The notes under the pieces were generated by a model that saw nothing but the letters and a program-made list of their open reading frames with translations, was not told where the DNA came from and did no database searches. A DNA stretch of 64,000 bases, from positions 1,391-65,390 of the forward strand of contig QHRW01000115.1 of NCBI GenBank assembly GCA_003220265.1, given 5' to 3'. The translations under genes were made by a program, and so were the position numbers. Below, piece after piece: positions 17,995 to 27,442 of this stretch. Positions within the stretch are counted from its first letter, which is position 1; every line of letters begins with the position of its first letter. This stretch comes from Candidatus Rokuibacteriota bacterium (lineage in GTDB: Bacteria; Methylomirabilota; Methylomirabilia; Rokubacteriales; CSP1-6).

Positions 17995-20250
17995 GTGAAG
18001 ATCGTCTCGGTCGGCGGCGGACCGGCGGGGTTGTACTTCGCGATCCTCATGAAGAAGGCCGACCCCGCGCACGAGATCACCGTGCTGGAGCGCAACCGGC
18101 CCGACGACACCTTCGGCTTCGGCGTGGTGTTCTCCGATGCCACGCTCGACAACTTCCGCGAGGCCGATCCCGAGACTCATGCGGCCATCACCCAGGCCTT
18201 CGCGCACTGGGACGACATCGACATCCATTACCAGGATCAGGTGCTGACCTCCACCGGCCACGGCTTTTCCGGCATGTCGCGCCAGGCCCTGCTCGACATC
18301 CTGCAGGCGCGGGCGAAGGATCTCGGGGTCGTCCTGCAGTTCTCCAGCGAGGTGACCGACCCCGCGGCGTGGGCCGGCGCCGATCTCGTCCTGGCCGCCG
18401 ACGGCGTGAACTCCGCGCTGCGCCTGCGCTACGCCGCGCACTTCCAGCCGGCCATCGACTGGCGGCGCAACCGCTTCGTGTGGCTCGGCACGACGTTTCC
18501 GTTTCCCGCCTTCACGTTCATGTTCAAGGAGAGCGAGCACGGGCTCTGGCGCGTGCACGCCTACCGCTACGACGCGCGCTCCTCGACCTTCATCCTGGAG
18601 GCGACGGAGGCCACGTGGCGCCGCGCGGGGCTCGACGAGGCCAGCGAGGACGAGACGGTCGCGTTCGTGGCGCGCCTGTTCGCGCGCGAGCTCGACGGCC
18701 ATCCGGTGCTCAAGAACCGCTCGCTCTGGCGCAGCTTCCCGACCGTGCGCAACGGGCGATGGCATCACGACAACATCGTCCTCGTCGGCGACGCCGCCCA
18801 CACCGCCCACTTCTCGATCGGCTCCGGCACCAAGCTCGCGATGGAAGACGCCATCGCGCTCTGCCGCGCGCTGGGCGAGCACCGCGACGTGACGCCGGCG
18901 CTGGCCGCCTACGAGGCGGAGCGGCGGCCCCAGGTGGAGACGCTCCAGCGGGCCGCGCAGACGAGCCTCGAATGGTTCGAGCACACCGAGCGCTATCACG
19001 GCCGGCTCGAGCCCGCACAGTTCGCCTTCAGCCTGCTCACGCGCAGCCTGCGCGTGACCCACGAGAACCTCAAGGCGCGCGACGCCAAGTTCGTGGCCAC
19101 CGTCGATGGCTGGCTCGCGGACAAGGCCTCGCGGCAGAGCGGTGTGGCCGTGCCGGCGGCCCCGCCGCCTCCGCCGATGTTCACGCCGTTCCGCCTGCGC
19201 GAGCTCGTGCTGTCCAATCGCGTCGTCGTCTCGCCGATGTGCCAATATTCGGCCGAGGACGGCACGCCGGGCGACTGGCACCTCGTCCACCTCGGCAGCC
19301 GCGCCGTCGGTGGCGCCGGCCTGGTGATGACCGAGATGACCGACGTGAGCCGCGAGGGCCGCATCAGCCCCGGCTGCACGGGCATGTACAAGCCTGAGCA
19401 CGTGACGGCGTGGAAGCGCATCGTCGATTTCGTCCACGCCACCAGCGCTGCGAAGATCGGGCTGCAGCTCGCGCACGCGGGCCGCAAGGGCTCGACGCGC
19501 CGGCTGTGGGAGGGCATCGACGAGCCGCTGCCGGAGGGGAACTGGCCGCTGATCTCGGCCTCGCCGCTGCCGTACTTTTCGCACAGCCAGACGCCGCGCG
19601 AGATGGACCGTCGCGACATGGACGGTGTGCGCGACGCGTTCGCGCGCGCCGCCGGGATGGCCGTGCGGGCAGGCTTCGATCTCATCGAGCTGCACTTCGC
19701 CCACGGCTACCTGCTGGCGTCTTTCATCTCGCCGCTGACCAACCAGCGCAAGGACGCCTACGGCGGCTCGCTGGCCAACCGCCTGCGCTTTCCGCTGGAA
19801 GTCTTCGACGCCGTGCGCGCGGTCTGGCCCGCGAGCAAGCCGATGTCCGTGCGCATCTCGGCCACGGACTGGAAAGAGAGCGGCCTCGAGCCGGCGGAGG
19901 CCGTGCAGCTCGCGCGCGAGCTGAAGGCCCACGGCTGCGACATCGTCGACGTGTCGGCGGGGAACACCGTGGCCGACCAGGAGCCCGCGCACGGCCGGCT
20001 CTTCCAGACGCCCTTCAGCGATCGCATCCGCCTCGAGGCCGACATCCCCACGATGACGGTCGGCGCCGTCGCCTCCTACGCCGACGTCAACTCCATCATC
20101 GCCGCGGGCCGCGCCGACCTCTGCGTCCTCGCCCGCGCGCATCTCTACGATCCGTACTGGACGCGCCACGCGGCGCAGGAGCAGGGGATCGAGCTGCCGT
20201 GGCCGCCTCAGTACGTGTCGGTCAAGACCTTCACGCCACGCGATCGCTGA
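17995..20250 (+). CDS. Bifunctional FAD monooxygenase / OYE-like FMN oxidoreductase (salicylyl-CoA 5-hydroxylase / 2-aminobenzoyl-CoA monooxygenase-reductase type)
   Basis: 751 aa, GTG start. The N-terminal half has [11 protein letters not shown]...[22 protein letters not shown]. The C-terminal half has SPMCQYSA..., [13 protein letters not shown]..., LAHAGRK..., HFAHGYLL (OYE motifs). Confidence 0.8.
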   Translation: MKIVSVGGGPAGLYFAILMKKADPAHEITVLERNRPDDTFGFGVVFSDATLDNFREADPETHAAITQAFAHWDDIDIHYQDQVLTSTGHGFSGMSRQALLDILQARAKDLGVVLQFSSEVTDPAAWAGADLVLAADGVNSALRLRYAAHFQPAIDWRRNRFVWLGTTFPFPAFTFMFKESEHGLWRVHAYRYDARSSTFILEATEATWRRAGLDEASEDETVAFVARLFARELDGHPVLKNRSLWRSFPTVRNGRWHHDNIVLVGDAAHTAHFSIGSGTKLAMEDAIALCRALGEHRDVTPALAAYEAERRPQVETLQRAAQTSLEWFEHTERYHGRLEPAQFAFSLLTRSLRVTHENLKARDAKFVATVDGWLADKASRQSGVAVPAAPPPPPMFTPFRLRELVLSNRVVVSPMCQYSAEDGTPGDWHLVHLGSRAVGGAGLVMTEMTDVSREGRISPGCTGMYKPEHVTAWKRIVDFVHATSAAKIGLQLAHAGRKGSTRRLWEGIDEPLPEGNWPLISASPLPYFSHSQTPREMDRRDMDGVRDAFARAAGMAVRAGFDLIELHFAHGYLLASFISPLTNQRKDAYGGSLANRLRFPLEVFDAVRAVWPASKPMSVRISATDWKESGLEPAEAVQLARELKAHGCDIVDVSAGNTVADQEPAHGRLFQTPFSDRIRLEADIPTMTVGAVASYADVNSIIAAGRADLCVLARAHLYDPYWTRHAAQEQGIELPWPPQYVSVKTFTPRDR

Positions 20251-20335
20251 ATCACACGCCGTCCAAGCTGACCGGCACGGGCACAATCACGACGGATAAT
20301 GCCCGGGCGCACCCTGTCGTCCGAGCACTGGCGGG

Positions 20336-20509
20336 ATGTCGGCGACGGTTCCCACCCTGGGGAGCGCCGTCAAGGCGGCGGCCCGACCAACGGACCGCAC
20401 GGTGTCGCTGCGTAAGGCGGGCGACATTCGGATCACCATCGAGGACGAGGGGCAGATCACCTACGACCCCGCCAGCGTCGCGCAGCACTGGAAGCCGAAG
20501 AAAGACTGA
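20336..20509 (+). CDS. Possible small ORF (57 aa) in the low-GC islet
   Basis: Own translation: MSATVPTLGSAVKAAARPTDRTVSLRKAGDIRITIEDEGQITYDPASVAQHWKPKKD*. It is below the ORF-track size cutoff and no motif was recognised. Confidence 0.25.
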   Translation: MSATVPTLGSAVKAAARPTDRTVSLRKAGDIRITIEDEGQITYDPASVAQHWKPKKD

Positions 20510-20634
20510 GCGCCGGCGATTATCGGCTTCGTTATTGCCCGACCCGCTAGCGACGCCCAGGCCAGGGGCTGGACCATTATCGATTCCGATACGCGCTGGA
20601 CTCTGCGCCGGACGACCGCTGTAGCGGGTGATCC

Positions 20635-21093
20635 TCAGGCGGCTCGCGCGCGGTCGAGCAGCTCAGCGACCTGGCGGTCGCTCAGCGAAAAACGGATTAC
20701 GTGCCTGGAGCCGCCGGCCGCGTAGCAGAGCGCCACTGCTGACCAAGCGCCGAAACCGAAGCGCGTGCCTACGGCGACCTGCGCCGCGGCCGCCGCCGCC
20801 CAGTCCAGCCCACTGTGCTCAACGAGCCAGCGGCGGGCGGCGAGCTCGGCGTCCTCAGCGGTCGGGGTATCCGTTGGCTCGCTCCGTCTTGGGATGAGGT
20901 TCGCGGCTTGGCTGGCGGCCCGGCTGCGCTGTCCCTCAATCCGGTCCCAGCACCACGAGTGATAGACCCTACCGTTCAGCCCGATCCGGTCCTCGTAGCT
21001 GCCCACCTGAAGCCTGCAGTGCTGGCAGATGATCTCCTGCATGGAGCAAGTAAGGGCACGGGGCTTCCCTCGGCGCTGTTCAAAACGAGACAT
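20635..21093 (-). CDS. Hypothetical protein with N-terminal Cys/His cluster
   Basis: MSRFEQRRGKPRALTCSMQEIICQHCRLQVGSYEDRIGLNGRVYHSWCW... The start is uncertain (21093 or 21042). Local GC is lower than in the flanks. Confidence 0.45.
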   Translation of the reverse strand: MSRFEQRRGKPRALTCSMQEIICQHCRLQVGSYEDRIGLNGRVYHSWCWDRIEGQRSRAASQAANLIPRRSEPTDTPTAEDAELAARRWLVEHSGLDWAAAAAAQVAVGTRFGFGAWSAVALCYAAGGSRHVIRFSLSDRQVAELLDRARAA

Positions 21094-21108
21094 GGTCAAA
21101 ACGAGACA
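21081..21108. promoter_or_regulatory. Two exact 12-nt direct repeats (CAAAACGAGACA) with a 16-nt period in a divergent region
   Basis: 21081-21092 and 21097-21108 are identical. They lie between, or overlap, the 5' ends of the divergent ORFs 20635..21093(-) and 21167..21409(+). Confidence 0.35.
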
Positions 21109-21166
21109 CCTTGTGCACGCGGTTGCCGTCAGAATAGGAGGACAACCTTCGAATGAGGTGATGCAT

Positions 21167-21409
21167 ATGCCATGGCAAGTTGTCGCGGAACGCGAATGGG
21201 GCAGGACCGCGAGCTGGATCAAGGGCAACGGTCAATTTGCGGTTCTGCACCCGTGCGGTGGGGAGTTGACGGTGACCCTTTGTGCGACGCCTATGGAAGC
21301 GAAGACGGCGAAGGGGTATCGCTGCGGTGGTCGCTGTAGTCGGTCTCAGCACACGGTCACTGATCTCGATAAGGCATTCCCAGGGACAGCGCACGTCGAT
21401 TCGCACTGA
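21167..21409 (+). CDS. Hypothetical small protein (80 aa)
   Basis: MPWQVVAEREWGRTASWIKGNGQFAVLHPCGGELTVTLCATPMEAKTAKGYRCGGRCSRSQ... GAGGTG lies 6 nt upstream of ATG 21167. The region is low GC. Confidence 0.45.
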   Translation: MPWQVVAEREWGRTASWIKGNGQFAVLHPCGGELTVTLCATPMEAKTAKGYRCGGRCSRSQHTVTDLDKAFPGTAHVDSH

Positions 21410-21504
21410 GTCGTCGTAGGTCGTGCTTCCCGCTCCGTCTGTGAGTCAAGCGCCCGTGCCGTTCCCGACCGACGAGCGGGACGGCGCGTTTCGGCTGCGA
21501 GACG

Positions 21505-22866
21505 TCAGCGCGAAGGTGTCGGAGGCGGTGAGCTCGCCCCGCGGCCGGTGCGCAGCAGCCAGGCATGCAGGCGGGCGAGCAGGACGCTGGGCTTGAAGGG
21601 CTTCGTCAAGTAGTCGGTCACGCCGGCGTCGAAGCCGGCCGCCGTGTCGGTGGCGTCGCTGCGGCCGGTGATGAGGACCACGGGCACCTCGGCCAGGCGC
21701 GAATCGGGGTCGGCACGCAGCGCGCGGCAGACCTGCAGGCCGTCGAGGCCCGGCATCATCCAGTCCAGCACGATGACGTCGGGATGCTCGGTCCGGGCGA
21801 TGGCCAGCGCCGCGTCGCCGTTGTTGGCCGAGAGTACCCGGAAGCCCTCCGGCTCGAGCGTGTCGAGCAGCACGGCCATCACGTCGGGATCGTCGTCGGC
21901 CACCAGGATCGTCGCCTCGGGGCTCGACGTCATCGGATCGTCCGCGGTGGGACGCCCACTGCCCGCGAGACTGGGCGTCTCGGCGCCCGGCCGGACCACG
22001 ACGAGGTACTGGCCCTCGGCGGCGGCGAAGATCTCGGGCGGATCCGCCTGCGTCGCGGCGCGCTGGCGACAGCGCGTCAGCAGCGACTCGACGGCGCGGT
22101 CGGTACGGCTGGGATCGTGATGGTAGAGCGCCAGCCGCTTGGCCTTCGCCGCGACCGCGAAGTCGACGGCCCACTCCGCCGGGCAGTGGCCCCACGACAG
22201 GTGCTCGGGGTACTCCTCCAGCGTGTATTGCGCGTCGTGGATGACGAGGTCGGCGCCGGCCAGGAAGGCGATGTGGCGCTTGTCCTCGGCGTGCACCGGC
22301 GCGCCGTCGGCCGGGCGCTTCTCCGTGTGATGGCGCGAGTACGGCTCGTGATCGGTCGCGTACACGACCGACACGCCGCCCGCCTCGAGCCGGTAGCCGA
22401 GCACGGGCGCTGGGTGATTCAGGTAGCGCGTGGTCACCCGCACGTTGCCCAGCTCGAACTCGCCCTCCGTCAGCTCGTGATAGCGGATCGTGGCGGCCAG
22501 CTCGCCCAGCGGCACCGGGAAGTACGTGTAGTTCATCTGGCCGCCCAGGATCTCCTGCAGCGAGCGCCCACGCTGGCGGGGCGCGTACACGTCCCACTCG
22601 CTGCCCGCGCGGAAGAGCGGCGCGAAGAACGGAAAGCCCTGGATGTGGTCCCAGTGCGTGTGCGAGATCAGAAGGTGGCCGCGGACGGGCTCGGGGTTGG
22701 CGGCCACGATCTGCTGGCCGAGCTCGTGAGCGCCGGTGCCGCAGTCGAGCACGATGAGCGTGTCCTCCGCGCGCACCTCGACGCAGGAGGTGTTGCCGCC
22801 ATAGCGCACCGTGCTCGGGCCGGGCTTGGCGATCGAGCCGCGCGTGCCCCAGAACCGGATCCGCAT
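21505..22866 (-). CDS. MBL-fold metallo-hydrolase fused to a C-terminal response-regulator receiver domain
   Basis: The N-terminal part has LISHTHWDHIQG (HxHxDH). The C-terminal part has ILVADDDPDV...VIVLDWMMPGLDG...TKPF. Confidence 0.85.
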   Translation of the reverse strand: MRIRFWGTRGSIAKPGPSTVRYGGNTSCVEVRAEDTLIVLDCGTGAHELGQQIVAANPEPVRGHLLISHTHWDHIQGFPFFAPLFRAGSEWDVYAPRQRGRSLQEILGGQMNYTYFPVPLGELAATIRYHELTEGEFELGNVRVTTRYLNHPAPVLGYRLEAGGVSVVYATDHEPYSRHHTEKRPADGAPVHAEDKRHIAFLAGADLVIHDAQYTLEEYPEHLSWGHCPAEWAVDFAVAAKAKRLALYHHDPSRTDRAVESLLTRCRQRAATQADPPEIFAAAEGQYLVVVRPGAETPSLAGSGRPTADDPMTSSPEATILVADDDPDVMAVLLDTLEPEGFRVLSANNGDAALAIARTEHPDVIVLDWMMPGLDGLQVCRALRADPDSRLAEVPVVLITGRSDATDTAAGFDAGVTDYLTKPFKPSVLLARLHAWLLRTGRGASSPPPTPSR

Positions 22867-23004
22867 GTCGCCCCTCCCAAGGGCTGCCCGCCGTTGCGGT
22901 CCCTATGGTATGCCAGCCGCCCCGGGCCGTGCGCAGATTTGGGCCGCCGCCCGCTGGAGCCGGTGGCACATCGTCTGCACCCATCGCCCGAGGAGGCCTG
23001 CGCG

Positions 23005-24759
23005 ATGGCAGAGACGGCGGCCGACATTCTCATCGAGACCCTGCAGGACTGGGGCGTCGAGGTCGTGTTCGGAATCCCGGGCGACGGCATCAACGCGATC
23101 ATGGAGGCGCTGCGGCGGCGCCAGGACCGCATCCGGTTCGTCCAGGTCCGGCACGAGGAATCGGCGGCCTTCATGGCCTGCGGCTACGCGAAGTTCACCG
23201 GGCGCCTGGGCGTGTGCCTGGCCACCTCGGGACCGGGCGGCATCCACCTCCTGAACGGGCTCTACGACGCCAAGCTCGACGGCCAGCCGGTGCTGGCCAT
23301 CACCGGCATGGCCTACCACGACCTCGTCGGCACCCACACGCAGCAAGACGTCGAGCTCGACCGCCTCTTCGTGGACGTCGCCAAGTACAACGCGCGCGTG
23401 ATGGGGCCCACGCACGTCGAGAACGTCGTCGATCTCGCGTGTCGGACCGCGCTCGCCTATCGCGGCGTGGCCCACGTGACCATCCCGGTCGACGTCCAGG
23501 AGATGCCGGCCACGCGCCGGCAGCGCTCCAAGCGCAACATCCCCGGCCACACCTCCGACGTGATGGCCCGCAGCGCGCGGCTGCCGGCGGAGGACGACCT
23601 GCGCCGTGCCGCCGAGGTGCTCAACGCCGGGCGTCGCGTGGCGATCCTGGCCGGCGCCGGCGCGCTGGGCGCAGGCGAGGCGCTGGAGGCCGCCGCCGAC
23701 GCTCTGGCGGCGCCCGTCGTGAAGGCGCTGCTGGGCAAGGCCGCGGTGCCCGACGACAGCCCGTACACGACGGGCGCCATCGGGCTGCTCGGCACGCGCC
23801 CCTCGCAGGAGGCCCTGGAGACGTGCGACACGCTGCTCATCGTCGGCACGTCGTTCCCGTACATCGAGTACTACCCCAAGCCGGGCCAGGCGCGCGGCGT
23901 GCAGATCGAGCTCGATCCCATGCGCATCGGATTGCGCTATCCGGTCGAGGTCGGCCTCGTCGGCGACAGCCGCCGCACGCTGGAGGCGCTGCTGCCCCGG
24001 CTCGAGCGTCGCAAGGACCGTGAGTTTCTCGAGGCTGCCCAGCGCGGGATGCGCGAGTGGGACGACCTCATGCGCGAGCGCGCAGAGCGGCGCGACACGC
24101 CGATGAAGCCGCAGGTGATCGCGCACGAGCTGGGCCGGCGGCTGGCCGACGACGCGATCGTGGCGTGCGACAGCGGCACGATCACCACCTGGTGGGCGCG
24201 TCACATTCCGGCCCGCCGCGGCCAGATGCACTCGGTGTCCGGCAACCTGGCCAGCATGGCGTGCGCCGTGCCGTACGCCATCGCCGCCCAGCTCGCCTAT
24301 CCCGAGCGCCAGGTTGTGGCGTTCGTGGGCGACGGCGGCTTCGCGATGCTGATGGCCGAGCTGGCGACGTGCGTGAAGTACCGGCTGCCGGTCAAGATCT
24401 TCGTCGTCAAGAACAACACGCTCGGCCAGATCAAGTGGGAGCAGATGGTCTTCCTGGGCAACCCCGAGTACGGGTGCGAGCTGCAGCCGATCGACTTCGC
24501 GGCCGTCGCGCGCGCGTGCGGCGCGCAGGGCTTCACCGTGGAGGATCCCGCGCGCTGCGGCGCCGTCGTGGAGCAGGCGCTGGCGACGCCGGGGCCGGTG
24601 GTGGTGGAGGCGCTCGTGGATCCCTTCGAGCCGCCGCTGCCGGCCAAGATCACGCTGGACCAGGCCAGGAAATTCGCGACCTCGCTGGTGCGCGGCGAGC
24701 CCAATCGCGAGAAGATCGCGCTCACCGTCCTCGGTGACCGCGTCAGGGAGCTCGTGTGA
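23005..24759 (+). CDS. Thiamine-pyrophosphate enzyme, pyruvate oxidase / pyruvate dehydrogenase (quinone) PoxB-like
   Basis: MAETAADILIETLQDWGVEVVFGIPGDGIN...HEESAAFMACGYAK...GDGGFAMLMAEL. AGGAGG lies upstream of ATG 23005. The first roughly 480 aa of ORF 21565..24759 are an antisense shadow. Confidence 0.85.
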   Translation: MAETAADILIETLQDWGVEVVFGIPGDGINAIMEALRRRQDRIRFVQVRHEESAAFMACGYAKFTGRLGVCLATSGPGGIHLLNGLYDAKLDGQPVLAITGMAYHDLVGTHTQQDVELDRLFVDVAKYNARVMGPTHVENVVDLACRTALAYRGVAHVTIPVDVQEMPATRRQRSKRNIPGHTSDVMARSARLPAEDDLRRAAEVLNAGRRVAILAGAGALGAGEALEAAADALAAPVVKALLGKAAVPDDSPYTTGAIGLLGTRPSQEALETCDTLLIVGTSFPYIEYYPKPGQARGVQIELDPMRIGLRYPVEVGLVGDSRRTLEALLPRLERRKDREFLEAAQRGMREWDDLMRERAERRDTPMKPQVIAHELGRRLADDAIVACDSGTITTWWARHIPARRGQMHSVSGNLASMACAVPYAIAAQLAYPERQVVAFVGDGGFAMLMAELATCVKYRLPVKIFVVKNNTLGQIKWEQMVFLGNPEYGCELQPIDFAAVARACGAQGFTVEDPARCGAVVEQALATPGPVVVEALVDPFEPPLPAKITLDQARKFATSLVRGEPNREKIALTVLGDRVRELV

Positions 24760-25601
24760 TGCGGTGGACGGGTGGACGTCGCAGCGACAACATCGAGGAC
24801 CGGCGGGGGATGGGCGGCGGCACGCTGATCGCGGGTGGCGGCATCGGCAGCATCGTGCTGGTGCTGCTGGCACTCTTCTTCGGCTTCGACCCGGGCTCGA
24901 TCTTGCAGACCGACCAGCCGAGCGTGCCGAGCGCGCAGGCGCCGGCCGGCTCGCCCGCACAGGACGACCTGCGCGAGTTCGTCTCCGTCGTGCTCGCCGA
25001 CACGGAAGATACCTGGCGCGAACTGTTCGAGCGAATGGGCCGGCAGTACCGCGAGCCGAAGCTCGTGCTCTTCACCAGCGCGGTGGAGTCGGCGTGCGGC
25101 ATGGCGGGCGCCGCGGTGGGCCCCTTCTACTGCCCCTCCGACCAGAAGCTCTACCTCGACCTCAGCTTCTTCCGCGCGCTTCGCGATCGTTTCCGCGCGC
25201 CCGGTGACTTCGCGCAGGCCTACGTCATCGCCCACGAGGTCGGCCATCACGTGCAGACGCTGCTCGGCATCACCGAGAAGGTCGCGCCCTCGCGGCAGCG
25301 CGGCGGCGCGCAGGGCAACGCGGCGTCCGTCCGCGTCGAGCTGCAGGCCGACTGCCTGGCCGGCATCTGGGCGCACCACGCCAAGCAGGCGCGCGACATC
25401 CTCGAGGAGGGCGATCTGGAGGAGGCGCTCAACGCCGCCTCGGCGATCGGGGACGACCGGCTGCAGCGTCAGGCCCAGGGCCGCGTGGCGCCGGAGACCT
25501 TCACGCACGGCTCGTCCAGGCAGCGCGTGCACTGGTTCGGCCGGGGCTTCGAGACCGGCGAGCTGCGGCAGTGCGACACGTTCCGCGCGACCGAGCTCTG
25601 A
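24759..25601 (+). CDS. Neutral zinc metallopeptidase (YpfJ family)
   Basis: MRWTGGRRSDNIEDRRG, one TM segment, FYCPSDQKLYLD, AHEVGHHVQ (HExxH). The ATG overlaps the upstream TGA. Confidence 0.85.
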   Translation: MRWTGGRRSDNIEDRRGMGGGTLIAGGGIGSIVLVLLALFFGFDPGSILQTDQPSVPSAQAPAGSPAQDDLREFVSVVLADTEDTWRELFERMGRQYREPKLVLFTSAVESACGMAGAAVGPFYCPSDQKLYLDLSFFRALRDRFRAPGDFAQAYVIAHEVGHHVQTLLGITEKVAPSRQRGGAQGNAASVRVELQADCLAGIWAHHAKQARDILEEGDLEEALNAASAIGDDRLQRQAQGRVAPETFTHGSSRQRVHWFGRGFETGELRQCDTFRATEL

Positions 25602-25620
25602 GCGCCGCGGTCGCGCCGAC

Positions 25621-26001
25621 CTAGGCCGCTTCGGCCACCGCCCGCTGCAGCGTGCTGCAGACCTGGAAGATGTCGGTCGAGCCCAGCAGCCGCACGCGGC
25701 TCGCCCGCAGCCGGGCAGCCGCGCCCGCCGGGTCGTCGTGGCGAAACAGGAACGCCACCACCGGAATTTTCAATCGCTCGGCGCCCAGGGGCACCAGGTC
25801 GACCGCGTCGATCATCCCCACGTCGAGCAGCAGCACGTGCGGGTGCGGGTCGCGCTCCAGGCTGTGGAATGTCGCGGTCGCGGTGCTGGCCCGCTCCACG
25901 GACGCGCCGCACACGGTGACGATGGTGGTGAAGAGAGTCCCGACCTCGGCGTCGTCCGACGCCACCAGGACCCGCAAACCGGTGAGGCTCTCCCCAAACA
26001 T
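25621..26001 (-). CDS. Stand-alone receiver-like (CheY-like) domain protein
   Basis: MFGESLTGLRVLVASDDAEVGTLF...HVLLLDVGM... Internal start of ORF 25621..26328. Confidence 0.5.
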   Translation of the reverse strand: MFGESLTGLRVLVASDDAEVGTLFTTIVTVCGASVERASTATATFHSLERDPHPHVLLLDVGMIDAVDLVPLGAERLKIPVVAFLFRHDDPAGAAARLRASRVRLLGSTDIFQVCSTLQRAVAEAA

Positions 26002-26072
26002 CGTGGTTCGCGCGTGCAGCCGGGATGCCAGGGAGATGCCGAGCCGGCCGCGAAGGTCAGTCCACGGCGTGA

Positions 26073-27437
26073 CTATCCGCGCCGGGCGAGGAGCTCGATG
26101 ACCCGGCGAAGCGAGCCATCGCGATCGGGATCGCGGGCAACGGACTCTGCCCCGGCATCGCCGGTGAGGTCGATGTCGGGCTCGAGCCCCTCGTCCACCG
26201 AGCGGTCCTTCGAGGTGAGCCAGCGGCTCGTCGTGAGCTTCAGCGCCCCGCCGTTGGCCAGTGGAAAGATGCTCATGATCCTCGTGTGGCCCGCCGTCCG
26301 CGTGCCCACGATCGTGGCCCGTCCCCAATCCTGAAGCGCGCTCGCCACGATCTCCGAGCCCGCGGCAGTCCCGTCGTTGACGAGGACCGCCAGAGGCAAG
26401 TCGAGAATCGGCCAGCGACCCTGCGCGGAGGCCCGGGTGCGCAGGCGAACATTCTGCGCAGGCGATCGGCCCACCGTGGATGTGACGAGCCGGCCTTCGG
26501 GCAGAAAGAGCTCGCTGACCTCGACGGCCGCCGTGAGCAGTCCTCCCGGACTGTTGCGCAGGTCGAGGACGAGCGCCGTGGCGCCTTCCGCCCGCAGCAC
26601 GTCCACGGCGCTGCCGAGCTGTCGCGCCGTTTGCTCGCCGAGCGAGCTGATCCTGACGTAGCCGACACCACCAAACATTTTTCGCTGCAGCGTCGGAACG
26701 CGGATCCGCTCACGGATCAACACGATTTCCCGCGGCTGATCCCACTCCCGCCGGGCCACGAGCAGCGCGGCGCGGCTTCCCGCCGCGCCACGCAACAGTC
26801 GACCGGCGTCGGTGTTCTGCAGGGCGGCGCCGGAGACACCGTCGATGACAAGGATGCGGTCTCCGGCGCGAAGTCCAGCGCGCTCCGCCGGTCCACCTTC
26901 GATCGGCGAGAGGACCACGAGCGCCCCGTCACGCATACGAATCTCGAGTCCCACGCCCGCGGTCGCATCGCCCAGGTCCGCGGGTAGGTACGCGCCATTG
27001 ACGTCGACGCGTGCCAGGCCTCGCAGGAGCGTATCGGCGACGGACTCCGGGTTGGTCCCGAGACGCCCGATCACGAATCGCCCGGCCTCGGTGAGGGCAC
27101 GACCCACGTCGGCGGCCGTGGCGTCCGCCGGCCACGCCACGGTCACCGTGGCGGCGGCCGAGCCGGACTCGCCGTGCGTGAGGACAGCCTCGTTGTCGCG
27201 GACGAGCACGCGAATCGCGCCCGCTGGTGGCACGCTCTCCAATTCCCGCAGCGCGCGGTCAGCGAGCTGTGTGGCGCTCACCGGCTCGACGTGCTGTCGC
27301 TGGATCGTGGCGACAGCCCTGGTGAAGAACTCCGCCGGGGACATCGGTGCTCGAGCCGGCGTGGGCCGCGCACCCGCACAGGCGGCGAGCAACGGAGCGA
27401 CGAGGAGCCACGGGACTGGACGGAGTCGCTGGCGCAT
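26073..27437 (-). CDS. S41 family C-terminal processing peptidase with PDZ domain (lipoprotein)
   Basis: MRQRLRPVPWLLVAPLLAAC lipobox, PDZ (GLRAGDRILVIDG), LDLRNSPGG, VLVNDGTAAGSEIV. Confidence 0.85.
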   Translation of the reverse strand: MRQRLRPVPWLLVAPLLAACAGARPTPARAPMSPAEFFTRAVATIQRQHVEPVSATQLADRALRELESVPPAGAIRVLVRDNEAVLTHGESGSAAATVTVAWPADATAADVGRALTEAGRFVIGRLGTNPESVADTLLRGLARVDVNGAYLPADLGDATAGVGLEIRMRDGALVVLSPIEGGPAERAGLRAGDRILVIDGVSGAALQNTDAGRLLRGAAGSRAALLVARREWDQPREIVLIRERIRVPTLQRKMFGGVGYVRISSLGEQTARQLGSAVDVLRAEGATALVLDLRNSPGGLLTAAVEVSELFLPEGRLVTSTVGRSPAQNVRLRTRASAQGRWPILDLPLAVLVNDGTAAGSEIVASALQDWGRATIVGTRTAGHTRIMSIFPLANGGALKLTTSRWLTSKDRSVDEGLEPDIDLTGDAGAESVARDPDRDGSLRRVIELLARRG

Positions 27438-27442
27438 GGCGG

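Noticed and set aside
20510-20640. A possible tRNA or attachment site at the left side of the low-GC islet.
   Set aside because: I could find no cloverleaf, no GTTCRANYC T-loop motif and no flanking direct repeat by eye.
21458-21486. The hairpin GCCGT(T)CCCG...CGGGACGGC downstream of the MBL-receiver gene, considered as an intrinsic terminator.
   Set aside because: The stem is bulged and no U-tract follows on the transcribed strand. It is plausible, but I cannot support it beyond the stem itself.
21565-24759. A 1064-aa ORF suggesting a giant PoxB-like protein.
   Set aside because: Its first roughly 480 aa are the antisense shadow of the MBL-receiver gene. A good AGGAGG plus ATG at 23005 starts the TPP-enzyme homology.
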